Shown: positions 28,841 to 44,100 of the stretch, piece by piece
How the letters are laid out: every line of letters starts with the position of its first letter
Position numbering within the stretch: the stretch's first letter is position 1
Source of the DNA: Eledone cirrhosa
Taxonomy: Eukaryota
NCBI GenBank assembly: GCA_964016885.1
Contig: OZ024742.1
Span: 367,288,001 to 367,352,000, forward strand
DNA length: 64,000 bases
Direction: 5' to 3'
Made by a program: the position numbers and the translations under genes
Notes under the pieces: generated by a model
Databases searched by the model: none
What the model saw: only the letters and a program-made list of their open reading frames with translations
What the model was told of the DNA's origin: nothing

Positions 28841-31736
28841 ATTACAGTATACATTTACCTGAGCTCATTTACTAGGAATATTACAGTATACATTTACTTG
28901 GGCACATTTACAAAGAATATTACAGTATACATGTACTTGGACACATTTACAAAGAATATTACAGTATACATTTACTTGGGCACATTTACAAAGAATATTA
29001 CAGTATACATGTACTTGGGCACATTTACAAAGAATATTACAGTATACATGTACTTGGGCACATTTACAAAGAATATTACAGTATACATGTACCTGAGCAC
29101 ATTTACAAAGAATATTACAGTATACATGTACCTGAGCACATCTACAAAGAATATTATAGTATACATGTACCTGAGCACATTTACAAAGAATATTACAGTA
29201 TACATGTACCGGAGCACATTTACAAAGAATATTACAGTATACATGTACCTGAGCACATTTACAAAGAATATTACAGTATACATGTACTTGGGCACATTTA
29301 CAAAGAATATTACAGTATACATGTAACTGGGCACATTAACAAGAATATTACAGTATACATGTACCTGAGCACATTTAGAAAGAATATTACAGTTTACATA
29401 TACCTGAGCACATTTACAAAGAATATTACAGTATACATGTACCTGAGCCCATTTACAAAGAATATTACAGTATACATGTACCTGAGCACATTTACAAAGA
29501 ATATTACAGTATACATGTACCTGAGCACATTTTCAAAGCATATTACAGTATACATGTACCGGAGCACATTTACAAACAATATTACAGTATACATTTACCT
29601 GAGCTCATTTACAAAGAATATTATAGTATACATGTACCTGAGCACATTTACAAAGAATATTATAGTATACATGTACCTGAGCACATTTACAAGGAATATT
29701 ACAGTAAACATATACCTGAGCACATTTACAAAGAATATTACAGTATACATGTACTTGGGTACATTTACAAAGAATATTATAGTATACATGTACATGAGCA
29801 CATTTACAAAGAATATTACAGTATACATGTACCTGAGCACATTTACAAAGAATATTGCAGTATACATGTACCTGAGCACATTTACAAAGAATATTATATT
29901 ATACATGTACTTGGGCACATTTACAAAGAATAATTCAGTATACATGTACTTGGGCACATTTACAAAGAATATTACAGTATACATGTATCTGAGCACATTT
30001 ACAAAGAATATTACAGTATACATGTACCTGAGCACATTTACAAAGAATATTACAGTATACATGTACCTGAGCACATTTACAAAGAATATTATAGTATACT
30101 TGTACCTGAGCACATTTACAAAGAGTATTACAGTATACATATACCTGAGCTCATTTACAAAGAATATTACAGTATACATATACCTGAGCACATTTACAAA
30201 GAATATTACAGTATACATGTACCTGAGCTCATTTACAAAGAATATTATAGTATACATGTACCTGAGCACATTTACAAAGAATATTACAGTATACATTTAC
30301 CTAAGCTCATTTACTAGGAATATTACAGTATACGTGTATCTGGGCACATTTACAAAGAATATTATATTATACATATACCTGAGCACATTTACAAAGAATA
30401 TTACAGTATACATTTACTTGGGCACATTTACAAAGAATATTACAGTATACATGTACTTGGGCACATTTACAAAGAATATTACAGTATACATGTACCTGAG
30501 CACATTTACAAAGAATATTACAGTATACATGTACTTGGGCACATTTACAAAGAATATTACAGTATACATGTACCTGAGCACATTTACAAAGAATATTACA
30601 GTATACATTTACTTGGGCACATTTACAAAGAATATTACAGTATACATGTACTTGGTCACATTTACAAAGAATATTAAAGTATACATTTACTTGGGCACAT
30701 TTACAAAGAATATTACAGTATGCATGTGCTTGGGCACATTTACAAAGAATATTACAGTATACATGTACTTGGGCACATTTACAAAGAATATTACAGTATA
30801 CATGTACCTGAGCACATTCACAAAGAATATTACAGTATACATGTACCTGAGCACATCTACAAAGAATATTATAGTATACATGTACCTGAGCACATTTACA
30901 AAGAATATTACAGTATACATGTACCGGAGCACATTTACAAAGAATAGTACAGTATACATGTATCTGAGCACATTTACAAAGAATATTACAGTATACATGT
31001 ACCTGAGCACATTTACAAAGAATATTATAGTATACATGTACCTGAGCACATTTACAAAGAATATTACAGTATACATGTACTTGGGCACATTTACAAAGAA
31101 TATTATAGTATACATGTATCTGAGCTCATTTACAAAGAATATTATAGCATACATGTACCTGAGCTCATTTACAAAGAATATTATAGTATACATGTACCTG
31201 AGCACATTTACAAAGAATATTACAGTATACATTTACCTGAGCTCATTTACTAGGAATATTACAGTATACATTTACTTGGGCACATTTACAAAGAATATTA
31301 CAGTATACATGTACTTGGACACATTTACAAAGAATATTACAGTATACATTTACTTGGGCACATTTACAAAGAATATTACAGTATACATGTACTTGGGCAC
31401 ATTTACAAAGAATATTACAGTATACATGTACTTGGGCACATTTACAAAGAATATTACAGTATACATGTACCTGAGCACATTTACAAAGAATATTACAGTA
31501 TACATGTACCTGAGCACATCTACAAAGAATATTATAGTATACATGTACCTGAGCACATTTACAAAGAATATTACAGTATACATGTACCGGAGCACATTTA
31601 CAAAGAATATTACAGTATACATGTACCTGAGCACATTTACAAAGAATATTACAGTATACATGTACTTGGGCACATTTACAAAGAATATTACAGTATACAT
31701 GTAACTGGGCACATTAACAAGAATATTACAGTATAC

Positions 31737-32866
31737 ATGTACCTGAGCACATTTAGAAAGAATATTACAGTTTACATATACCTGAGCACATTTACAAAGA
31801 ATATTACAGTATACATGTACCTGAGCCCATTTACAAAGAATATTACAGTATACATGTACCTGAGCACATTTACAAAGAATATTACAGTATACATGTACCT
31901 GAGCACATTTTCAAAGCATATTACAGTATACATGTACCGGAGCACATTTACAAACAATATTACAGTATACATTTACCTGAGCTCATTTACAAAGAATATT
32001 ATAGTATACATGTACCTGAGCACATTTACAAAGAATATTATAGTATACATGTACCTGAGCACATTTACAAGGAATATTACAGTAAACATATACCTGAGCA
32101 CATTTACAAAGAATATTACAGTATACATGTACTTGGGTACATTTACAAAGAATATTATAGTATACATGTACATGAGCACATTTACAAAGAATATTACAGT
32201 ATACATGTACCTGAGCACATTTACAAAGAATATTGCAGTATACATGTACCTGAGCACATTTACAAAGAATATTATATTATACATGTACTTGGGCACATTT
32301 ACAAAGAATAATTCAGTATACATGTACTTGGGCACATTTACAAAGAATATTACAGTATACATTTACCTGAGCTCATTTACTAGGAATATTACAGTATACA
32401 TTTACTTGGGCACATTTACAAAGAATATTACAGTATACATGTACTTGGACACATTTACAAAGAATATTACAGTATACATTTACTTGGGCACATTTACAAA
32501 GAATATTACAGTATACATGTACTTGGGCACATTTACAAAGAATATTACAGTATACATGTACTTGGGCACATTTACAAAGAATATTACAGTATACATGTAC
32601 CTGAGCACATTTACAAAGAATATTACAGTATACATGTACCTGAGCACATCTACAAAGAATATTATAGTATACATGTACCTGAGCACATTTACAAAGAATA
32701 TTACAGTATACATGTACCGGAGCACATTTACAAAGAATATTACAGTATACATGTACCTGAGCACATTTACAAAGAATATTACAGTATACATGTACTTGGG
32801 CACATTTACAAAGAATATTACAGTATACATGTAACTGGGCACATTAACAAGAATATTACAGTATAC
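31737..32866. repeat. Truncated 29-monomer HOR variant (internal loss of 32 monomers, 1,248 bp)
   Basis: The unit jumps from the AATAATTCAG monomer (~32308) almost directly to the late TTTACTAGG/TTGGACAC block. Length is 1130 versus 2378. Confidence 0.9.
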
Positions 32867-35800
32867 ATGTACCTGAGCACATTTAGAAAGAATATTACAG
32901 TTTACATATACCTGAGCACATTTACAAAGAATATTACAGTATACATGTACCTGAGCCCATTTACAAAGAATATTACAGTATACATGTACCTGAGCACATT
33001 TACAAAGAATATTACAGTATACATGTACCTGAGCACATTTTCAAAGCATATTACAGTATACATGTACCGGAGCACATTTACAAACAATATTACAGTATAC
33101 ATTTACCTGAGCTCATTTACAAAGAATATTATAGTATACATGTACCTGAGCACATTTACAAAGAATATTATAGTATACATGTACCTGAGCACATTTACAA
33201 GGAATATTACAGTAAACATATACCTGAGCACATTTACAAAGAATATTACAGTATACATGTACTTGGGTACATTTACAAAGAATATTATAGTATACATGTA
33301 CATGAGCACATTTACAAAGAATATTACAGTATACATGTACCTGAGCACATTTACAAAGAATATTGCAGTATACATGTACCTGAGCACATTTACAAAGAAT
33401 ATTATATTATACATGTACTTGGGCACATTTACAAAGAATAATTCAGTATACATGTACTTGGGCACATTTACAAAGAATATTACAGTATACATGTATCTGA
33501 GCACATTTACAAAGAATATTACAGTATACATGTACCTGAGCACATTTACAAAGAATATTACAGTATACATGTACCTGAGCACATTTACAAAGAATATTAT
33601 AGTATACTTGTACCTGAGCACATTTACAAAGAGTATTACAGTATACATATACCTGAGCTCATTTACAAAGAATATTACAGTATACATATACCTGAGCACA
33701 TTTACAAAGAATATTACAGTATACATGTACCTGAGCTCATTTACAAAGAATATTATAGTATACATGTACCTGAGCACATTTACAAAGAATATTACAGTAT
33801 ACATTTACCTAAGCTCATTTACTAGGAATATTACAGTATACGTGTATCTGGGCACATTTACAAAGAATATTATATTATACATATACCTGAGCACATTTAC
33901 AAAGAATATTACAGTATACATTTACTTGGGCACATTTACAAAGAATATTACAGTATACATGTACTTGGGCACATTTACAAAGAATATTACAGTATACATG
34001 TACCTGAGCACATTTACAAAGAATATTACAGTATACATGTACTTGGGCACATTTACAAAGAATATTACAGTATACATGTACCTGAGCACATTTACAAAGA
34101 ATATTACAGTATACATTTACTTGGGCACATTTACAAAGAATATTACAGTATACATGTACTTGGTCACATTTACAAAGAATATTAAAGTATACATTTACTT
34201 GGGCACATTTACAAAGAATATTACAGTATGCATGTGCTTGGGCACATTTACAAAGAATATTACAGTATACATGTACCTGAGCACATTCACAAAGAATATT
34301 ACAGTACACATGTACCTGAGCACATCTACAAAGAATATTATAGTATACATGTACCTGAGCACATTTACAAAGAATATTACAGTATACATGTACCGGAGCA
34401 CATTTACAAAGAATAGTACAGTATACATGTATCTGAGCACATTTACAAAGAATATTACAGTATACATGTACCTGAGCACATTTACAAAGAATATTATAGT
34501 ATACATGTACCTGAGCACATTTACAAAGAATATTACAGTATACATGTACTTGGGCACATTTACAAAGAATATTATAGTATACATGTATCTGAGCTCATTT
34601 ACAAAGAATATTATAGCATACATGTACCTGAGCTCATTTACAAAGAATATTATAGTATACATGTACCTGAGCACATTTACAAAGAATATTACAGTATACA
34701 TTTACCTGAGCTCATTTACTAGGAATATTACAGTATACATTTACTTGGGCACATTTACAAAGAATATTACAGTATACATGTACTTGGACACATTTACAAA
34801 GAATATTACAGTATACATTTACTTGGGCACATTTACAAAGAATATTACAGTATACATGTACTTGGGCACATTTACAAAGAATATTACAGTATACATGTAC
34901 TTGGGCACATTTACAAAGAATATTACAGCATACATGTACCTGAGCACATTTACAAAGAATATTACAGTATACATGTACCTGAGCACATCTACAAAGAATA
35001 TTATAGTATACATGTACCTGAGCACATTTACAAAGAATATTACAGTATACATGTACCGGAGCACATTTACAAAGAATATTACAGTATACATGTACCTGAG
35101 CACATTTACAAAGAATATTACAGTATACATGTACTTGGGCACATTTACAAAGAATATTACAGTATACATGTAACTGGGCACATTAACAAGAATATTACAG
35201 TATACATGTACCTGAGCACATTTACAAAGAATATTACAGTTTACATATACCTGAGCACATTTACAAAGAATATTACAGTATACATGTACCTGAGCACATT
35301 TACAAAGAATATTACAGTATACATGTACCTGAGCACATTTACAAAGAATATTACAGTATACATGTACTTGAGCACATTTTCAAAGCATATTACAGTATAC
35401 ATGTACCGGAGCACATTTACAAACAATATTACAGTATACATTTACCTGAGCTCATTTACAAGAAATATTACAGTATACATGTACCTGGGCACATTTACAA
35501 AGAATATTATAGTATACATTTACCTGAGCTCATTTACAAAGAATATTATAGTATACATGTACCTGAGCACATTTACAAAGAATATTATAGTATACATGTA
35601 CCTGAGCACATTTACAAGGAATATTACAGTAAACATATACCTGAGCACATTTACAAAGAATATTACAGTATACATGTACTTGGGTACATTTACAAAGAAT
35701 ATTATAGTATACATGTACATGAGCACATTTACAAAGAATATTACAGTATACATGTACCTGAGCACATTTACAAAGAATATTGCAGTATACATGTACCTGA

Positions 35801-38800
35801 GCACATTTACAAAGAATATTATATTATACATGTACTTGGGCACATTTACAAAGAATAATTCAGTATACATGTACTTGGGCACATTTACAAAGAATATTAC
35901 AGTATACATGTATCTGAGCACATGTACAAAGAATATTACAGTATACATGTACCTGAGCACATTTACAAAGAATATTACAGTATACATGTACCTGAGCACA
36001 TTTACAAAGAATATTATAGTATACTTGTACCTGAGCACATTTACAAAGAGTATTACAGTATACATATACCTGAGCTCATTTACAAAGAATATTACAGTAT
36101 ACATATACCTGAGCACATTTACAAAGAATATTACAGTATACATGTACCTGAGCTCATTTACAAAGAATATTATAGTATACATGTACCTGAGCACATTTAC
36201 AAAGAATATTACAGTATACATTTACCTGAGCTCATTTACTAGGAATATTACAGTATACGTGTATCTGGGCACATTTACAAAGAATATTATATTATACATA
36301 TACCTGAGCACATTTACAAAGAATATTACAGTATACATTTACTTGGGCACATTTACAAAGAATATTACAGTATACATGTACTTGGGCACATTTACAAAGA
36401 ATATTACAGTATACATGTACCTGAGCACATTTACAAAGAATATTACAGTATACATGTACTTGGGCACATTTACAAAGAATATTACAGTATACATGTACCT
36501 GAGCACATTTACAAAGAATATTACAGTATACATTTACTTGGGCACATTTACAAAGAATATTACAGTATACATGTACTTGGTCACATTTACAAAGAATATT
36601 AAAGTATACATTTACTTGGGCACATTTACAAAGAATATTACAGTATGCATGTGCTTGGGCACATTTACAAAGAATATTACAGTATACATGTACTTGGGCA
36701 CATTTACAAAGAATATTACAGTATACATGTACCTGAGCACATTCACAAAGAATATTACAGTATACATGTACCTGAGCACATCTACAAAGAATATTATAGT
36801 ATACATGTACCTGAGCACATTTACAAAGAATATTACAGTATACATGTACCGGAGCACATTTACAAAGAATAGTACAGTATACATGTATCTGAGCACATTT
36901 ACAAAGAATATTACAGTATACATGTACCTGAGCACATTTACAAAGAATATTATAGTATACATGTACCTGAGCACATTTACAAAGAATATTACAGTATACA
37001 TGTACTTGGGCACATTTACAAAGAATATTATAGTATACATGTATCTGAGCTCATTTACAAAGAATATTATAGCATACATGTACCTGAGCTCATTTACAAA
37101 GAATATTATAGTATACATGTACCTGAGCACATTTACAAAGAATATTACAGTATACATTTACCTGAGCTCATTTACTAGGAATATTACAGTATACATTTAC
37201 TTGGGCACATTTACAAAGAATATTACATTATACATGTACTTGGACACATTTACAAAGAATATTACAGTATACATTTACTTGGGCACATTTACAAAGAATA
37301 TTACAGTATACATGTACTTGGGCACATTTACAAAGAATATTACAGTATACATGTACTTGGGCACATTTACAAAGAATATTACAGTATACATGTACCTGAG
37401 CACATTTACAAAGAATATTACAGTATACATGTACCTGAGCACATCTACAAAGAATATTATAGTATACATGTACCTGAGCACATTTACAAAGAATATTACA
37501 GTATACATGTACCGGAGCACATTTACAAAGAATATTACAGTATACATGTACCTGAGCACATTTACAAAGAATATTACAGTATACATGTACTTGGGCACAT
37601 TTACAAAGAATATTACAGTATACATGTAACTGGGCACATTAACAAGAATATTACAGTATACATGTACCTGAGCACATTTAGAAAGAATATTACAGTTTAC
37701 ATATACCTGAGCACATTTACAAAGAATATTACAGTATACATGTACCTGAGCCCATTTACAAAGAATATTACAGTATACATGTACCTGAGCACATTTACAA
37801 AGAATATTACAGTATACATGTACCTGAGCACATTTTCAAAGCATATTACAGTATACATGTACCGGAGCACATTTACAAACAATATTACAGTATACATTTA
37901 CCTGAGCTCATTTACAAAGAATATTATAGTATACATGTACCTGAGCACATTTACAAAGAATATTATAGTATACATGTACCTGAGCACATTTACAAGGAAT
38001 ATTACAGTAAACATATACCTGAGCACATTTACAAAGAATATTACAGTATACATGTACTTGGGTACATTTACAAAGAATATTATAGTATACATGTACATGA
38101 GCACATTTACAAAGAATATTACAGTATACATGTACCTGAGCACATTTACAAAGAATATTGCAGTATACATGTACCTGAGCACATTTACAAAGAATATTAT
38201 ATTATACATGTACTTGGGCACATTTACAAAGAATAATTCAGTATACATGTACTTGGGCACATTTACAAAGAATATTACAGTATACATGTATCTGAGCACA
38301 TTTACAAAGAATATTACAGTATACATGTACCTGAGCACATTTACAAAGAATATTACAGTATACATGTACCTGAGCACATTTACAAAGAATATTATAGTAT
38401 ACTTGTACCTGAGCACATTTACAAAGAGTATTACAGTATACATATACCTGAGCTCATTTACAAAGAATATTACAGTATACATATACCTGAGCACATTTAC
38501 AAAGAATATTACAGTATACATGTACCTGAGCTCATTTACAAAGAATATTATAGTATACATGTACCTGAGCACATTTACAAAGAATATTACAGTATACATT
38601 TACCTAAGCTCATTTACTAGGAATATTACAGTATACGTGTATCTGGGCACATTTACAAAGAATATTATATTATACATATACCTGAGCACATTTACAAAGA
38701 ATATTACAGTATACATTTACTTGGGCACATTTACAAAGAATATTACAGTATACATGTACTTGGGCACATTTACAAAGAATATTACAGTATACATGTACCT

Positions 38801-40039
38801 GAGCACATTTACAAAGAATATTACAGTATACATGTACTTGGGCACATTTACAAAGAATATTACAGTATACATGTACCTGAGCACATTTACAAAGAATATT
38901 ACAGTATACATTTACTTGGGCACATTTACAAAGAATATTACAGTATACATGTACTTGGTCACATTTACAAAGAATATTAAAGTATACATTTACTTGGGCA
39001 CATTTACAAAGAATATTACAGTATGCATGTGCTTGGGCACATTTACAAAGAATATTACAGTATACATGTACTTGGGCACATTTACAAAGAATATTACAGT
39101 ATACATGTACCTGAGCACATTCACAAAGAATATTACAGTATACATGTACCTGAGCACATCTACAAAGAATATTATAGTATACATGTACCTGAGCACATTT
39201 ACAAAGAATATTACAGTATACATGTACCGGAGCACATTTACAAAGAATAGTAGAGTATACATGTATCTGAGCACATTTACAAAGAATATTACAGTATACA
39301 TGTACCTGAGCACATTTACAAAGAATATTATAGTATACATGTACCTGAGCACATTTACAAAGAATATTACAGTATACATGTACTTGGGCACATTTACAAA
39401 GAATATTATAGTATACATGTATCTGAGCTCATTTACAAAGAATATTATAGCATACATGTACCTGAGCTCATTTACAAAGAATATTATAGTATACATGTAC
39501 CTGAGCACATTTACAAAGAATATTACAGTATACATTTACCTGAGCTCATTTACTAGGAATATTACAGTATACATTTACTTGGGCACATTTACAAAGAATA
39601 TTACAGTATACATGTACTTGGACACATTTACAAAGAATATTACAGTATACATTTACTTGGGCACATTTACAAAGAATATTACAGTATACATGTACTTGGG
39701 CACATTTACAAAGAATATTACAGTATACATGTACTTGGGCACATTTACAAAGAATATTACAGTATACATGTACCTGAGCACATTTACAAAGAATATTACA
39801 GTATACATGTACCTGAGCACATCTACAAAGAATATTATAGTATACATGTACCTGAGCACATTTACAAAGAATATTACAGTATACATGTACCGGAGCACAT
39901 TTACAAAGAATATTACAGTATACATGTACCTGAGCACATTTACAAAGAATATTACAGTATACATGTACTTGGGCACATTTACAAAGAATATTACAGTATA
40001 CATGTAACTGGGCACATTAACAAGAATATTACAGTATAC

Positions 40040-41169
40040 ATGTACCTGAGCACATTTAGAAAGAATATTACAGTTTACATATACCTGAGCACATTTACAA
40101 AGAATATTACAGTATACATGTACCTGAGCCCATTTACAAAGAATATTACAGTATACATGTACCTGAGCACATTTACAAAGAATATTACAGTATACATGTA
40201 CCTGAGCACATTTTCAAAGCATATTACAGTATACATGTACCGGAGCACATTTACAAACAATATTACAGTATACATTTACCTGAGCTCATTTACAAAGAAT
40301 ATTATAGTATACATGTACCTGAGCACATTTACAAAGAATATTATAGTATACATGTACCTGAGCACATTTACAAGGAATATTACAGTAAACATATACCTGA
40401 GCACATTTACAAAGAATATTACAGTATACATGTACTTGGGTACATTTACAAAGAATATTATAGTATACATGTACATGAGCACATTTACAAAGAATATTAC
40501 AGTATACATGTACCTGAGCACATTTACAAAGAATATTGCAGTATACATGTACCTGAGCACATTTACAAAGAATATTATATTATACATGTACTTGGGCACA
40601 TTTACAAAGAATAATTCAGTATACATGTACTTGGGCACATTTACAAAGAATATTACAGTATACATTTACCTGAGCTCATTTACTAGGAATATTACAGTAT
40701 ACATTTACTTGGGCACATTTACAAAGAATATTACAGTATACATGTACTTGGACACATTTACAAAGAATATTACAGTATACATTTACTTGGGCACATTTAC
40801 AAAGAATATTACAGTATACATGTACTTGGGCACATTTACAAAGAATATTACAGTATACATGTACTTGGGCACATTTACAAAGAATATTACAGTATACATG
40901 TACCTGAGCACATTTACAAAGAATATTACAGTATACATGTACCTGAGCACATCTACAAAGAATATTACAGTATACATGTACCTGAGCACATTTACAAAGA
41001 ATATTACAGTATACATGTACCGGAGCACATTTACAAAGAATATTACAGTATACATGTACCTGAGCACATTTACAAAGAATATTACAGTATACATGTACTT
41101 GGGCACATTTACAAAGAATATTACAGTATACATGTAACTGGGCACATTAACAAGAATATTACAGTATAC
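40040..41169. repeat. Second copy of the truncated 29-monomer HOR variant
   Basis: Same length (1130) and same junction as 31737-32866, offset by 8303. Confidence 0.9.
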
Positions 41170-44100
41170 ATGTACCTGAGCACATTTAGAAAGAATATTA
41201 CAGTTTACATATACCTGAGCACATTTACAAAGAATATTACAGTATACATGTACCTGAGCCCATTTACAAAGAATATTACAGTATACATGTACCTGAGCAC
41301 ATTTACAAAGAATATTACAGTATACATGTACCTGAGCACATTTTCAAAGCATATTACAGTATACATGTACCGGAGCACATTTACAAACAATATTACAGTA
41401 TACATTTACCTGAGCTCATTTACAAAGAATATTATAGTATACATGTACCTGAGCACATTTACAAAGAATATTATAGTATACATGTACCTGAGCACATTTA
41501 CAAGGAATATTACAGTAAACATATACCTGAGCACATTTACAAAGAATATTACAGTATACATGTACTTGGGTACATTTACAAAGAATATTATAGTATACAT
41601 GTACATGAGCACATTTACAAAGAATATTACAGTATACATGTACCTGAGCACATTTACAAAGAATATTGCAGTATACATGTACCTGAGCACATTTACAAAG
41701 AATATTATATTATACATGTACTTGGGCACATTTACAAAGAATAATTCAGTATACATGTACTTGGGCACATTTACAAAGAATATTACAGTATACATGTATC
41801 TGAGCACATTTACAAAGAATATTACAGTATACATGTACCTGAGCACATTTACAAAGAATATTACAGTATACATGTACCTGAGCACATTTACAAAGAATAT
41901 TATAGTATACTTGTACCTGAGCACATTTACAAAGAGTATTACAGTATACATATACCTGAGCTCATTTACAAAGAATATTACAGTATACATATACCTGAGC
42001 ACATTTACAAAGAATATTACAGTATACATGTACCTGAGCTCATTTACAAAGAATATTATAGTATACATGTACCTGAGCACATTTACAAAGAATATTACAG
42101 TATACATTTACCTAAGCTCATTTACTAGGAATATTACAGTATACGTGTATCTGGGCACATTTACAAAGAATATTATATTATACATATACCTGAGCACATT
42201 TACAAAGAATATTACAGTATACATTTACTTGGGCACATTTACAAAGAATATTACAGTATACATGTACTTGGGCACATTTACAAAGAATATTACAGTATAC
42301 ATGTACCTGAGCACATTTACAAAGAATATTACAGTATACATGTACTTGGGCACATTTACAAAGAATATTACAGTATACATGTACCTGAGCACATTTACAA
42401 AGAATATTACAGTATACATTTACTTGGGCACATTTATAAAGAATATTACAGTATACATGTACTTGGTCACATTTACAAAGAATATTAAAGTATACATTTA
42501 CTTGGGCACATTTACAAAGAATATTACAGTATGCATGTGCTTGGGCACATTTACAAAGAATATTACAGTATACATGTACTTGGGCACATTTACAAAGAAT
42601 ATTACAGTATACATGTACCTGAGCACATTCACAAAGAATATTACAGTATACATGTACCTGAGCACATCTACAAAGAATATTATAGTATACATGTACCTGA
42701 GCACATTTACAAAGAATATTACAGTATACATGTACCGGAGCACATTTACAAAGAATAGTACAGTATACATGTATCTGAGCACATTTACAAAGAATATTAC
42801 AGTATACATGTACCTGAGCACATTTACAAAGAATATTATAGTATACATGTACCTGAGCACATTTACAAAGAATATTACAGTATACATGTACTTGGGCACA
42901 TTTACAAAGAATATTATAGTATACATGTATCTGAGCTCATTTACAAAGAATATTATAGCATACATGTACCTGAGCTCATTTACAAAGAATATTATAGTAT
43001 ACATGTACCTGAGCACATTTACAAAGAATATTACAGTATACATTTACCTGAGCTCATTTACTAGGAATATTACAGTATACATTTACTTGGGCACATTTAC
43101 AAAGAATATTACAGTATACATGTACTTGGACACATTTACAAAGAATATTACAGTATACATTTACTTGGGCACATTTACAAAGAATATTACAGTATACATG
43201 TACTTGGGCACATTTACAAAGAATATTACAGTATACATGTACTTGGGCACATTTACAAAGAATATTACAGTATACATGTACCTGAGCACATTTACAAAGA
43301 ATATTACAGTATACATGTACCTGAGCACATCTACAAAGAATATTATAGTATACATGTACCTGAGCACATTTACAAAGAATATTACAGTATACATGTACCG
43401 GAGCACATTTACAAAGAATATTACAGTATACATGTACCTGAGCACATTTACAAAGAATATTACAGTATACATGTACTTGGGCACATTTACAAAGAATATT
43501 ACAGTATACATGTAACTGGGCACATTAACAAGAATATTACAGTATACATGTACCTGAGCACATTTAGAAAGAATATTACAGTTTACATATACCTGAGCAC
43601 ATTTACAAAGAATATTACAGTATACATGTACCTGAGCCCATTTACAAAGAATATTACAGTATACATGTACCTGAGCACATTTACAAAGAATATTACAGTA
43701 TACATGTACCTGAGCACATTTTCAAAGCATATTACAGTATACATGTACCGGAGCACATTTACAAACAATATTACAGTATACATTTACCTGAGCTCATTTA
43801 CAAAGAATATTATAGTATACATGTACCTGAGCACATTTACAAAGAATATTATAGTATACATGTACCTGAGCACATTTACAAGGAATATTACAGTAAACAT
43901 ATACCTGAGCACATTTACAAAGAATATTACAGTATACATGTACTTGGGTACATTTACAAAGAATATTATAGTATACATGTACATGAGCACATTTACAAAG
44001 AATATTACAGTATACATGTACCTGAGCACATTTACAAAGAATATTGCAGTATACATGTACCTGAGCACATTTACAAAGAATATTATATTATACATGTACT

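Larger units (their letters stand above)
24170..42570. repeat. Second-order tandem duplication of an 8,303-bp super-unit; the first copy is expanded to 10,097 bp
   Basis: A constant offset of 10,097 (24212/34309, 25109/35206, 26548/36645) switches to 8,303 (28342/36645, 29359/37662, 31737/40040, 32867/41170, 34228/42531). The rare variants AGTACACATG and ACAGCATAC are shared at the start of both copies. Confidence 0.85.

Noticed and set aside
25109-29326. 1,405-aa ORF and the other long + strand ORFs of (MYLSTFTKNITVY)n as repeat or beta-solenoid proteins
   Set aside because: The monomer is 3 x 13 bp and stop-free in four of six frames, so long ORFs are automatic. ORFs overlap on both strands, have no unique N- or C-terminal domain, and end at frameshift or stop variants that were themselves amplified. 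Most common variants change the amino acid.
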